Source of the DNA: Schmidtea polychroa
Lineage: Eukaryota
Reading direction: 5' to 3'
DNA: 64,000 bases
Assembly (NCBI GenBank): GCA_044892525.1
Contig: CM097885.1
Location: 226,486,001-226,550,000, forward strand
This document shows, piece by piece, positions 38,612 to 49,987 of this stretch. The position numbers and the translations under genes were made by a program. Positions within the stretch are counted from its first letter, which is position 1; every line of letters starts with the position of its first letter. The notes below the pieces were generated by a model. The model did not search any database, had not been told where the DNA came from, and saw only the letters and a program-made list of their open reading frames with translations.

Positions 38612-38749
38612 ATTAGGCCCCGGTGCGGCACTACCCTCTCGTGTGGGCTAATGTTTAATCAATTTTAATTTATTTAAATAATTTATTATAATTTTATATA
38701 TAATATCTATAATAGTATAATTCAATAATAGTATAATAGTATAATTTAC

Positions 38750-39630
38750 AGATAATTGATCTAAGGTACCTGACGGTGCTGACACGGGCATTGCTTGATT
38801 AGTCTCATTGTGAAAATAGGATGATGTTGACTGATGAGGTTCATTCGTCCATACATTAGATTCGACAGTTGATCTGTTTCGTTGACTAGCTGATGACGGA
38901 TTTCCTAATTTTTCACTGCAGTCTGCCCCAATCTTACTGTCAATCACCCACGGAGTACTCTTGTCAACTGTGTGACTACCCCAGCCATCAATTCGATTAA
39001 TAAGGTTCAGAAATTGGTCATCTACTTCCTGTTTAACACCATCGTAATTTTTTACAGATGTTTGAAGGCCTTTTCCAGCAGCTTGAGCCCAAGTTTGACG
39101 TTCGCTGTTTTTCTCATTACTTCCTCTTGAATCTGGATTATTTAGGTCACTATCATCTAAAGAACCAATATCATTAACAGCTGAACTATTGAAAGCACTG
39201 AATAAAGGAAATTCGGATTTAATATCCGATGATTCAGATTGTAATTGAATACTTTTACTGCTAAATTTGGAAGATGATTTATTTATCGGGTTTGATGGTG
39301 CAGCTTGATTAGCTGCCCAAAATGAAATACTTCGAGTGCTAAATCTATCATTCGATAAGTCGCTGGACTGAGAATTATTCCAACAATTATCCAGTTTATT
39401 TGATGAATCATTATTCACAATGAAATCTGATGAATTATTTCTAGATAATCCCCAAGGAACTGTTTCGTTATTTGCTGGCCATTGTGATGAAAAACCAAAA
39501 GTAAAATTGTTGCCCATTTTATTTGTGTTATCTGATTCAGAGTTCCAATTAGGAGTTCGTTCTACACTGCTATCTGTAGACGATGATATGTTAGAAATTT
39601 TGGTACTAAAATTAGATGAGCTGCTTAGAA
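38750..39630 (-). CDS. TNRC6: GW182/TNRC6 (Gawky) N-terminal Argonaute-binding region, exon block
   Basis: S/N-rich ORF with spaced Trp motifs plus TWAQAAGKGL and LINRIDGWGSHTVDKSTPWVID (GW182 motif-I-like GWG..V.Q.T.W); frame open upstream of ATG 39517 to ~39630; phase-0 donor GTAAAT at 38749. Downstream UBA/RRM exons not found in the window. Confidence 0.75.
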
Positions 39631-39999
39631 TGATTTCGTAGGAATTTTCTTACCAGTAAATATCCCACTTCTGACACCTAGTGTGGTGGTGTTATATTTC
39701 ATCATTTTCCAATATGGTGCAAAAACAGTTTCTTCGTCAGCTGAAAATTCCAAAACTCCATTTTCGATAGTTTTTGTACAATTTTTATAAAATCCGGTTG
39801 AGTAGCACGTATAAACCTTGTCAAAATTCATAGGCATACTATAAAATAGATCCATTTTGAAGGTATTTTTGAATAATAAAATACTAATTGATTCACAATA
39901 TTACAAAACTAATAATAACCAGTGAGAAAATAAGATATATTTTAAATTTCCAATGACAAATAACGTAATAATAAAATTTATATGGATTTTGTTAAGGCC

Positions 40000-41443
40000 G
40001 TGTAATGGCTCACTACATAAGCCTTTCCATCATTTGTTACTAAATATTTCATTTCATCATTGTCGCTTAAAAAAACCTTATCATAAATCTTTTGAAACTA
40101 TTGCCTTTTGATAACCATCTAATTTCAGTATGAGGCAATAATTTTACATACTCTTCGTTGTTACCCTCACAAAAAAATATAAACATACGTTCACACTTTG
40201 CGCTAGATTTGACTGCATTAATACATCTTATTACCTTATTCATAGCGTCACTAAGTACAGGCGACAAGTTTTTTGACACTAAATTCCCCTTATGAATTGC
40301 ACAATACATTGTTATAATCTGCGGATTTTCATCTTTTATCAATTTTAAACGACCATTTTTTCCCGATCATATTATGGGCACCATCAGCTGCACTAGAAGT
40401 GATATTCTCCATTGGTATATTGTTGTCATTAAAATAGGATTTAACAGAAGAGAAAATATCTCTAGATGTTGTAGTTTCTAAATCCTTACAAAACAACATT
40501 TCCTCGGCAAAATCATCATTATCAATATACCTGTCATACGCCATCAGTACAATTTCTCCTTCTTGTATAGTTTATTCATTCAACTGCAACGAGAATTTTG
40601 TTATTTTAAGCTTGTCTATGAGCTCATTTTCAACATTTTCCGCCATATCATCAATCCTTCTACGAACGCTACTATTACTCAATAGCATTCTTTCTACTTC
40701 TTTAATGTTTTTCTGCAACACTATCCTATGAAATGCAGTAATTGCCGGTTTAATTAATGTTTCTCCTATTGTATGACATTTACCAGATTTAGATATAAGG
40801 AAAGATATTTCATAGCTTACTCCATTATAAAGACCAGCATTACAACTCAGATGATTAAAAAATGTTTTTAAAATTTTTATTTTTAAAAACACTTCCTTCA
40901 TATCTTTGAAGACGGATAGTGGAAAAATAGTTCTGTTTTGTCTTTAAATCCGATTCTAGTCTATCCTTTTTATTGATTCATTTGTCAAACACTGTTGACA
41001 TAATAAACAAAACGGAAGAGTTTCATCTTGCACTGCTGATATAAATCCATACTTTAAGTAGTCATCAATATATCTACGAGGATTTCTTTTTGAACTAGGG
41101 GTAAAAATTTTATATTTTTTTAGCAAAAAAAGAATACAACTTAAGCTAAAATTGTTGGAAAAATTTTGATAATTAACCAAATTACGTTTATTTATTTATT
41201 ACAAACAAACAAACACGAATCAGTATTAGCTGTACTTTATAGAAGAATTTATATATAATTTATATAAGAATTTAAAGAGTAAATATCAGTATTTTGCCAA
41301 AAAAATCTTTGTTTACTTACTTATAGTTGCCATCTAAAAGTAGGGAAATGAGAAAATTTTAAAATCCATTAATTTCGAAATTGCCCCAACGAAAAGTTGA
41401 ATTGGCCCAACTGGGGCCCTAGGGCCCTAGATGAGAAGCACTG
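40000..41443 (-). mobile_element. Degenerate hAT (ZBED8/SCAND3-like) 5' half
   Basis: Fragments RRYIDDYLKYGF, HTIGETLIKPA, FSLQLNE, ADGAHNM, CAIHKGNL, EIRWLSKG; hAT end GAGAAGCACTG at 41433-41443. Confidence 0.88.
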
Positions 41444-42339
41444 GTCTATATCATTTTTTGTATACAAAATCCGACTGTCACTAAAAGAGCCAAGGTATTT
41501 TAAAGTCACACTATTTTTTGTATATAGAATTTATGGTCAGATATTTTGATGAATCGATGGCCACGTGAAATTTTGGTAATAATTTTAAATTAAGTAAATT
41601 AGGGCAAATTAATATATAAAATATTTAGAAAAACCAATGGATATTGAGACATTGGGGTAATAATTTTAAATTAAGTAAATTAAAGTAAATTAAGGTAATA
41701 TTTTAAAAATAAGTAATAGATTTTAAATAAGTAAAGTAATATTTTTAAATTAAATTAAAACAATTTCTTCAGCAGGCATTTTGTTGAGGATAGCCATTGC
41801 TTCCTGAAAGTGATATTTCAGATTTTTGAAGTTGTGACCAAAGCACTCTAGGTTTTCCGCCCATATCTTTTTATTACCTTCATTTGGGATAGAATTAAAA
41901 TTCATCTATAAGATAAAAATAAAATATTTCTTTATAATTATAAATAATATCCCTTTACCTTTATTTATATTAAATGATAAAATAATCTCAAATTTAGTGA
42001 TTATTGATTGAATATTTCAACAAAAAGTAATTACTAAATTTATAAATTATTATTAAAAAATTAAATTTTAGATTTCTTAAATAAAAATTAATAAAATTTA
42101 AGATACAGTAATGATTTAGACAATAATATGACATTAGAATTACAAATTTTCTTTTGGTTATTGTGTAATAATAAGTAGTATCAAAATTTTATAAAATTTG
42201 CTCGGAGGGTGACATTTTTTTAAAACTGTATTCTTTTATTGCAATATTCGTTAATAATATATGAAAACTCATTGTGTGATAATGGTGGTATACAAACTTT
42301 GAAAAAAATCACATGCTTAATACATAGTTTATTCAATAA

Positions 42340-43090
42340 AAGTCTTCATCATAATCGTCTATGTCTAAGATCGTTTTCATCTAATACATTTTTAACAGAT
42401 TTTTCAATCTCTTCATCAATTTTTCTGTCATCTGCGTCAACATTATCTTCATTTTCTTCATAAATTTCTGCATTAATTTCTCTGTCATCATTTTCCATGT
42501 TTTTGTTAATATTATTTAACCATATATGTCCATATGCAGAACTTTGATTTTTACCCACCCAAACCCTTTTATCATCCTTGTTAATTAACACTATTTTAGA
42601 ATTTTGAAACCATATAATTGATGGTTCTTTATACTAATACAAAATTGTGGGACAGGGAAAATCGCGTTTTTATTAAAACAATCCTTATAAGGTTTATAGT
42701 TTAGTTTAGTATGTTTTAAAGAAACCTCTTTAGCTTTTAGACATTTTGATTTACCTAACAAGCTACAACACTTGTGTTCTAAGAATACCCACTCGTCATA
42801 TCCTTCAATCTTACTCTCATCTTTAAATTTGCCCTTAACAGACTCAAGTAACTTAATTTTAAAATATTACCCTAATTTCTCATGTTAAAACAATTATTGA
42901 AAATATCTTACCATAAATTTTTGTTCAAAAATATTGGAATATAAAAAAAGTACAAAAATACCTGAGACTTTAAAGTTAGACAAATTACAGTGCTCACTAT
43001 AAATTATTGAATAATAGTCTTTATGGAAAAACGGTTGAGAATTTAAAAAATCGAATGAATCTCCGGTTATGTAACGCATACGGGTATTTT
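42340..43090 (-). mobile_element. Polinton/Maverick-type protein-primed DNA polymerase B, C-terminal relic
   Basis: ITGDSF, KFKDESKIEGYDEWVFL and DDKRVWVGKNQSSAYGH; homologous to the polB relic at 58300-58770. Confidence 0.75.
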
Positions 43091-44699
43091 ATGATTTTGG
43101 AAAATAAGTAAAAATTTGGCTTCATGATAGTCTGCTTGAGAAAAAAATAGGATTCGAAACTGTCATTAATACTAGATTTATTCAGAACTGTAGAAATATC
43201 AGGTATTTATATTTTTTTTCTAGAAAAATTCTAAAAAAGTTAGAAGAAATTGATATATTTAAAAATAAATCTAATCTATATTACATACGATTTCTTTTAC
43301 TGAAATTCTATACAGTATTTTCTATTAACTACCCATTGGGACTCAATTATTTTCCTTCAAATTTTGGCCCTCGGCACTTCTTAAGTTGTGTACGCCTGTG
43401 TTAGAAAATTATATGAATGTAATTATCATACATATTCACTGAATTTATCTAAATACATTCATTTGTTCTCCATTTATTATTTATACTATGAATACAATTA
43501 ATAATCATTCTAGAAATCATGATGACATCAACTACAAATATCAAGTAAAAATTTTACAAAACATTTATTGATAAAAAATAAATTCGATACATAAAAAATA
43601 GAACAATCTTTATTAAAAGAAAAATAAATCGATACATTTTATACAAATTCTGTATTAAACAAATATATATAAAAAATAAATGAATTATCTGACATTGTTA
43701 GTATTGAAAATGTTCCTTTGGAGTGAAATTTGCCTGAATAAAATATTTAGCACTTTTTAGTTCAAATTAATAGAAATAAAAAAAGCAATTTAACATTTAA
43801 ACTTAGGCAAAAATTATTTTTACATTTTATGGTTAAATGTTTGATAGTTAACTTTTAATAAATAATTATTAGGATTATCGGGCGTGAATGAAAATGGATT
43901 TAAAAAACCGTGATGATTAACAAGGAACGTGCGAAGAATCAGTAAACTAATCAGAATAAGATAATAACATTTATATAAATTAATTAATAAAAAAAATTAA
44001 TAAAATTACAAAAAATAAAATTTATTTAATTAATTCAAATACAATCCTTATTTTCTATTAACTTTTTATAAAATTTTCATTTAATGCGATTAAGAAAGAA
44101 AAATCTATTCTCTAAGTCAGTGGTTTCCAACCCGGGATGCGCGACTCCCAGGGGAGGCGCGGCCTATGGCTAGGGGAGGCAACAAAACTTTTAAGTAAAA
44201 AAATAATTTTCATACCATAATTATTATTTCGTCATTTTTAGCACTTCGAGTTTAAAATTACCAAATAAAAAAACACAAAATTTAAACTCTTTTACACAAT
44301 AACAAGAAATGTCAAATTCCAGGCATTCTTTACCTTTAAACATCAAGATACTTATAATTATATATATAAAAAAATATAAAAAATCACTCTACATTTTGAT
44401 TTTCCGAACAGCTTACACAAATTGACGCCGCGTGTCTAGGGCATATATTTTACTGCATGAAACGCATACTGTCGAATATTTTCTGTCAAGATTTCGAGGG
44501 CAATGTATGCATCTTTTTATGGCTGGTCGAACTTCATTTTTAGATTGTTCTTGTAAAATATTGTTACTATGAAGTACATAATATGTCGGCGTTTTGTTCG
44601 TGTGAGGGTTTGTATAGTACTTCTATATTTCAGGTAGTCATCAAAAAGAGAAAAATCTAATGTTTTGAGATATTTTTTCTAGGTTTTATAAATTTTTTC

Positions 44700-45002
44700 A
44701 AGCAAAAAACGTAATCGGTCGCGTGGGGTCTTTACAAACCCGCGCGCGAAAAAAAATCTGCTCTACTCAGACGTCGTGCGAAACTCAACCACACATATAT
44801 TGCAAAGTGCGTACTTGTTATTTAGTCAGCTACTGAGACACACAAATGCGTACTTGTTATTTAGTCAGCTACTGAGACACACAAACCTGTAACTTAAATA
44901 ATTAAAAATTTATGTCGGTTTTTCTAAGCTCCGGGCCTTTAAAAGACTTGAAGACCCCACGCGACCGACGATGTAAGAAAAATGGGCGCTAGCGAAGTAG
45001 GG
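44700..45002. mobile_element. piggyBac-like terminal fragment nested in the hAT element
   Basis: Right end ...GCGAAGTAGGG followed by TTAA; 17-bp internal inverted repeat CGGTCGCGTGGGGTCTT / AAGACCCCACGCGACCG; 39-bp tandem duplication at ~44807-44885; left end not found. Confidence 0.5.
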
Positions 45003-45129
45003 TTAACTAGTAATTTAATATACATGTTCGTATGTTATAGCAAAACTTTTTTTTAATTCTGTTAATTGTAGTTTTAATTTTTTTTTGTAATAAAGTTAAT
45101 TTTGTTTAAAACGTGTTTATATTATTATA

Positions 45130-45764
45130 CTCCCTCCGTCCGGTAATATGGAATACATTTAATTTTTTTTTGTAATAAAGTTAATTTTGTTTAAAACGTG
45201 TTTATATTATTATACTCCCTCCGTCCGGTAATATGGAATACATTTCAACAAAAATCGTAGATTATCGTGAATATAAAAATAAATAGGCAATAAATAGGCA
45301 ATAGTAAATATTCATGACAATATAACCTAAAATATTTGACTTACTTAACTTACCGCTCAAACATCAGTGTTTCTTGAGGTAGATAAAATTAGTACCGCTG
45401 CAAGACGAATATGGAAAATGTGAAAGGAAATTTGTTAAATTTAGAAAGAAGAGATTCAAAATATAAACAGTTAACTAAAGAACAACGTTAAGGTATTTTT
45501 GAAAATTTATTACACCAGATGAAGGAGAATAAGTTAAAACAGGGTGCAATCAATACCATATTTCCGGACGGAGGGAGTAATATTTATTTTTTTTAATTTT
45601 ATTTAATATTTACATTAATATTTATTAAAATGTTTCAAATAAAGGTAATATAATAAACTTGTCATGTACATTTTTTGATTTATTTTATTTTTTCGCAAAT
45701 GTATACCATATTTCCGGACAACAAAAATCGCTCAAATGTATACCATATTTCCGGACGGAGGGAG
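45130..45764 (+). mobile_element. Stowaway-like, internally deleted DD39D mariner with duplicated termini
   Basis: TA-CTCCCTCCGTCCGG left ends at 45130 and 45215; CCGGACGGAGGGAG-TA right ends at 45577 and 45764; internal MENV...QLTKEQR*GIFENLL...KLKQGAI resembles the DD39D N-terminus. Confidence 0.85.
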
Positions 45765-46930
45765 TATATATTAAAAAAAAAGATGGGGAGGCGGCCAAGA
45801 AAAAATTTTTTTTGAGGGCGGCGCGGTAGCATGAAGGTTGGAAACCGCTGCTCTAAGTGATGATTTTTTACATTAAAATTCATTTAAATTGTAAATAAAG
45901 TATTTTAAAATAACATGAAAATGAAATTATTTTAGTTAGCACTTTTAGTTAGCTATTTAAAGTGAAATATACCATATTAACTCAAAAATAAGTCGACCTC
46001 AATTATAAAACAAGTTCCATTTTTATCCGAAAAAAATATTAAAATAATACATTTTTAAAGCCCATTATTCTGTGTCTAATAATAAATGAAAATGCAATCA
46101 TAAGATCTCAATAAAATACAACTCTTGTTTTTTAATGATATTTCTAGAGAAATAAACTTCATCTTATATTTGGGCTAATACAGTACTTTTTTGCTGAGTA
46201 CTTTGATCTCAAATTTGGAGACACACAAAACTATATCAAATAGTAAAAATAATTTATGTAAAGAATTTATTGGTAAAATACTAATTTCTTGTAATATTCC
46301 CTATAGAATAAAAATAAATCGAATTTTTTGACCACACGACAAGTTCTTGCGACACACCTGTTCAGAACCACTGGTTTATACACTTAATTCTGAAAGTTAA
46401 CATAGTCTATAATCTAAAAAAATATCAATAAATTTATAGTATAGGAACATACAAACTTACCTGTGTGTAAATATTTAATGCTTCGAAAGTTAATATATTT
46501 GTTATAGGAATCGAAAAAGTGACAGAAAAATAATTAAACATACCAACACAAAACACATAATGAAAAATGCATGCAAATTTATTATAGCGTTTTTTTCCGA
46601 AATTAAACATTGATTAACATATTGTTAACATATTATTTTTTATATATTAATAAATGATGGGGGAAAATATTTTTATCTAGAATCAGACAAATCTACTTTG
46701 GTCTGTCGAAAAAGAGACGATAAAACATTGTAAGATCTAATTATAAAATATTTTTGAAGTTAATATTTATTTAGATTTTCAGATATTTCTATGGAAACGC
46801 AACCTTTTTACCAAGGTGAAGATCTGACAATGTAAGATTTATTCATTAAAATACAAAACGTTAAATTAAAAAGTGAAGTGAATTGAATAATACGTTTTAA
46901 TTCAAAAATCTATTCTTTAAAAACATCTGT

Positions 46931-49200
46931 TTATTTAAACAATTTTAATAATATTAATTTTTTTTTACGGGCTCCTTGGTTCTCTAACCAAGACATCAAT
47001 TCTTTTGATGTGAACTCTGGTGCGTAATCTGTTACGACACATTCAGGAATACTGAAACGCGTAAACACTGTTCTCAGACATTTGATAATGCCGGATTTGG
47101 TCCTCTCTTTCGTTCTAAAGGCTTCGATCCAACCCGAACCCGAGTCAACTATAATTAGAATGTTGCCAACGTTGGGGATAATATCGTATTTGGCCTTGTT
47201 TCCTGGATGGTTGATGTCGTGTATCTTCGAGATGCACGTATTCCTGAATTCTTTCGGTAGGAGTATTCTTGGTGTGTTTTCGTTACTGATGTTGTACCAG
47301 CAATCATTGATTTGTTCGAGTTTTAGACTATGTTTTGTTGATACCTCTTTCAGTGTTTCTGCTTGTTTGTTTTTGATTGTTTCGACTTCGAACATTTCGC
47401 TGAATTCGAGTGCGTTTATGTCTGTTTCGGTTCTTGACAAGGTGTCTGCTGCTATATTTGCTGCTCCCGCGATATAATTGATTGTACAGTTGAATTGGGA
47501 TATGTAATTTAATTGCCTTATTTGCCTTGGTGATGGATTTTTCATTTCTATTGCGTTTTTAAGAGGTTTGTAGTCAGTGTAGATCTTGAAGTTCCTTGCT
47601 ATTAGAAGTGTTGAAAATGTTTTATGGCTTCGTGAATTGCGAGCAGTTCTCGATCGAATGTAGAGTATCTTGTCTGGTGGGTTTTAATTTCTTGGAGAAG
47701 AAACCAATAGGTTGTTTACCAAATTTATTGTCTTCGTAAAGAGTTGCTCCCATTGCGAATCTGGAACAATCTGTTGCTAGGTTCTAATCTCGTTTTGGAT
47801 CCGGGTATCCCAGTAGTGTGGCTTGAGATAAGCTTGTTTTTGCTTTCTCGGAGTTTTTGATTGCTCCCTCAGTCCAGTTTATTTTGATGTTTCGTCTTGA
47901 ATTGATAAGGTCGTTTAGTTTGTTGCATGGGAGTGTCGCTATTATGTTGGAGGAGCATAGGGATTTTATTGACTTGACTTCAGATAGCGTTAATGTTAGT
48001 TTCGCGAATTCTAACCATTTCTGCGCTGTTCCGTTATCGTCTGTGAAGTAGTTGGGGATATTTGTTCTGAGGTTAATGACTGAATTTATGGTGTGTTTGG
48101 GTTATAGTAGTCGTTCATATTTTCCATCTTGTGCGTGTTTTCGTCATTGTTGGGTGTTTGTGACATGTTTGTTAGGTTTGTTTGGTTTGATGCCATTATT
48201 TGTTTTGTTGATGTTTTTTTATTGTTTGTAGTGCTAAATAAATTTAGCTTATTTAAAAGGTTATGGCTTACTGTGTTCAGCCAAAAGAGACACTATTCTT
48301 TATACCTCTATATTAGGTATTCTGAAAGCGATAGTGGTTGAAAAAAATCGTAGAGCGCGGTTGTCTTGTTGCGTTTGCTTCTGACATCAGTTATGTTGTT
48401 ATTGGTTATTTATTAGTTCTTTATAATTATTTTGTGACTTGATGTATAAGAAAAATCTGTAGAGCCCGACAGTGTCTCCAGTAAAAATATGTGGCGAGAC
48501 AGTCGAAATGCCTGTATGTAGTGCGTGCTACAACCCAAATAATAATAAAATCAAAATACAAAATTAACCAAATATAACAAACAAATTATACTTTCAACTT
48601 TTATTTTAAAAAATTAAGACCTTAATTAGCCTTTTCGATGATGTCTTGACTGCGGTGAATTGCCTTTAACAGGTCCTTTAAACAGCAGATTGGGTTTTAA
48701 AATTTTTAAAAAATGGCTCGATGATTCGCGCAAAAACCTTCTCGGTTCCTTTTGTGATCGTGGAAGTTTTGGAATTGCATTCAAAGCATTGTGGAACTTG
48801 ATCGAAGTTTATTCTTCTTTTTTTATTCTTCCGATTACGCAATACATATTCGTTAATTCTACGTATTTTGTCAATTGCACGGAGATTTTGTCTTGGCTAA
48901 TCTGTCAAGATTTTGCTTGATTGTATAATTTTTTCGGGTTGAGATTATTTTATTGTTCATTGTATGATGATTGGTTAATCCTGATGATAATTATCGCGTC
49001 TGTGTGCGCGTTGGTTTTGAAAGTGTACATATCTATGTGTGCGCACACAGACGCAAACAATGTATTTTTTTAATTTTGTAAGTTGGATTTTATTAATATT
49101 TGAATGGAATGAATTGTTTTTGAAGTTTTTAGATTTTTTCGAGTTGTTTAAAACGTGGAGTTTTTTGTTGTGATTTAAAAAATTGTTTTTCAATAAATTT
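46931..49200 (-). mobile_element. Ty3/gypsy relic(s): gag-like, RT/RNase H and integrase fragments
   Basis: LATDCSRFAMGATL, YSTFDRELLAI, RQLNYISQFNCTINYIAGAANIAADTLSR, zinc-binding HD..HPG, then IVDSGSGWIEA...TDYAPEFTS integrase core. Confidence 0.85.
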
Positions 49201-49222
49201 TGATTTCATGCCTTGAGTTAAA

Positions 49223-49530
49223 ATGTCAGCTAATGCAATTGGAAGTGACTTAGAAACAACTTACTCATGTGTTGGAATATTTCCATATGGAAAAGTCAAG
49301 ATCATTGCCAATGATCAAGGAAACCGTACAACTCCAAGTTATGTTGCGTTTACAGGCACAGAACGCTTAATCGGCGATGCGGCTAGGAATCAAGGTGTAA
49401 TGAATTCTAATAATATTGTATTTGATGCTAAAAGATTAATTGGTAGAAAGTTTGATGAACTCTCAGCGCAAAGTGACATGAAACACTGGTCATTTGATGT
49501 TATAACCGAAGCTGGAAGACCAAAAATCGA
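49223..49530 (+). pseudogene. HSP70: HSP70/HSC70 5' fragment pseudogene
   Basis: [14 protein letters not shown]...[27 protein letters not shown]...[12 protein letters not shown]; homology stops after ~100 aa; phosphate-1 motif altered (GIDLG to GSDLE). Confidence 0.92.
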
Positions 49531-49987
49531 ATTTCTAATTCACGATGGATCTGAATCTACGCTGACAATTTACCAATGGTTCAATAAATATGTTTATATT
49601 TAAAGAAGTTAACTTCTATTAAAATAAATTTCCAGTTCCTAATCAACAAAATTACATTATTGTTGTTAACTAAAATAAAATAATTATTTTAGAGTATTGT
49701 TAAAATAAAAGCCTACTGGAATTTGAGTTTTTGTTTTTACTTCTGGTTCAAATTTTATTTAAATATTGTAGTACCTATTTTTTTTGGTGGAAATATACAT
49801 ACTTTTCAAAGTAGGGAATTGTGGTTCTTTTATTGATGAAAATTTTACTTTGTTTAAAAATAACAGTAATAAAGTAATATCCGTTAATAGTTGGTTTGAA
49901 ATACGGTTAATAATTTGCTGATAATTAATTTAAATTTGATTAATTTTATATTAAGCATTTACATGCGAATAAACTGTTACGTGTTAA

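Larger units (their letters stand above)
44118..45850. mobile_element. Non-autonomous hAT element (1733 bp) carrying nested insertions
   Basis: TIRs CAGTGGTTTCCAACC / GGTTGGAAACCGCTG; perfect 8-bp TSD CTCTAAGT (44110-44117, 45851-45858). Confidence 0.93.
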
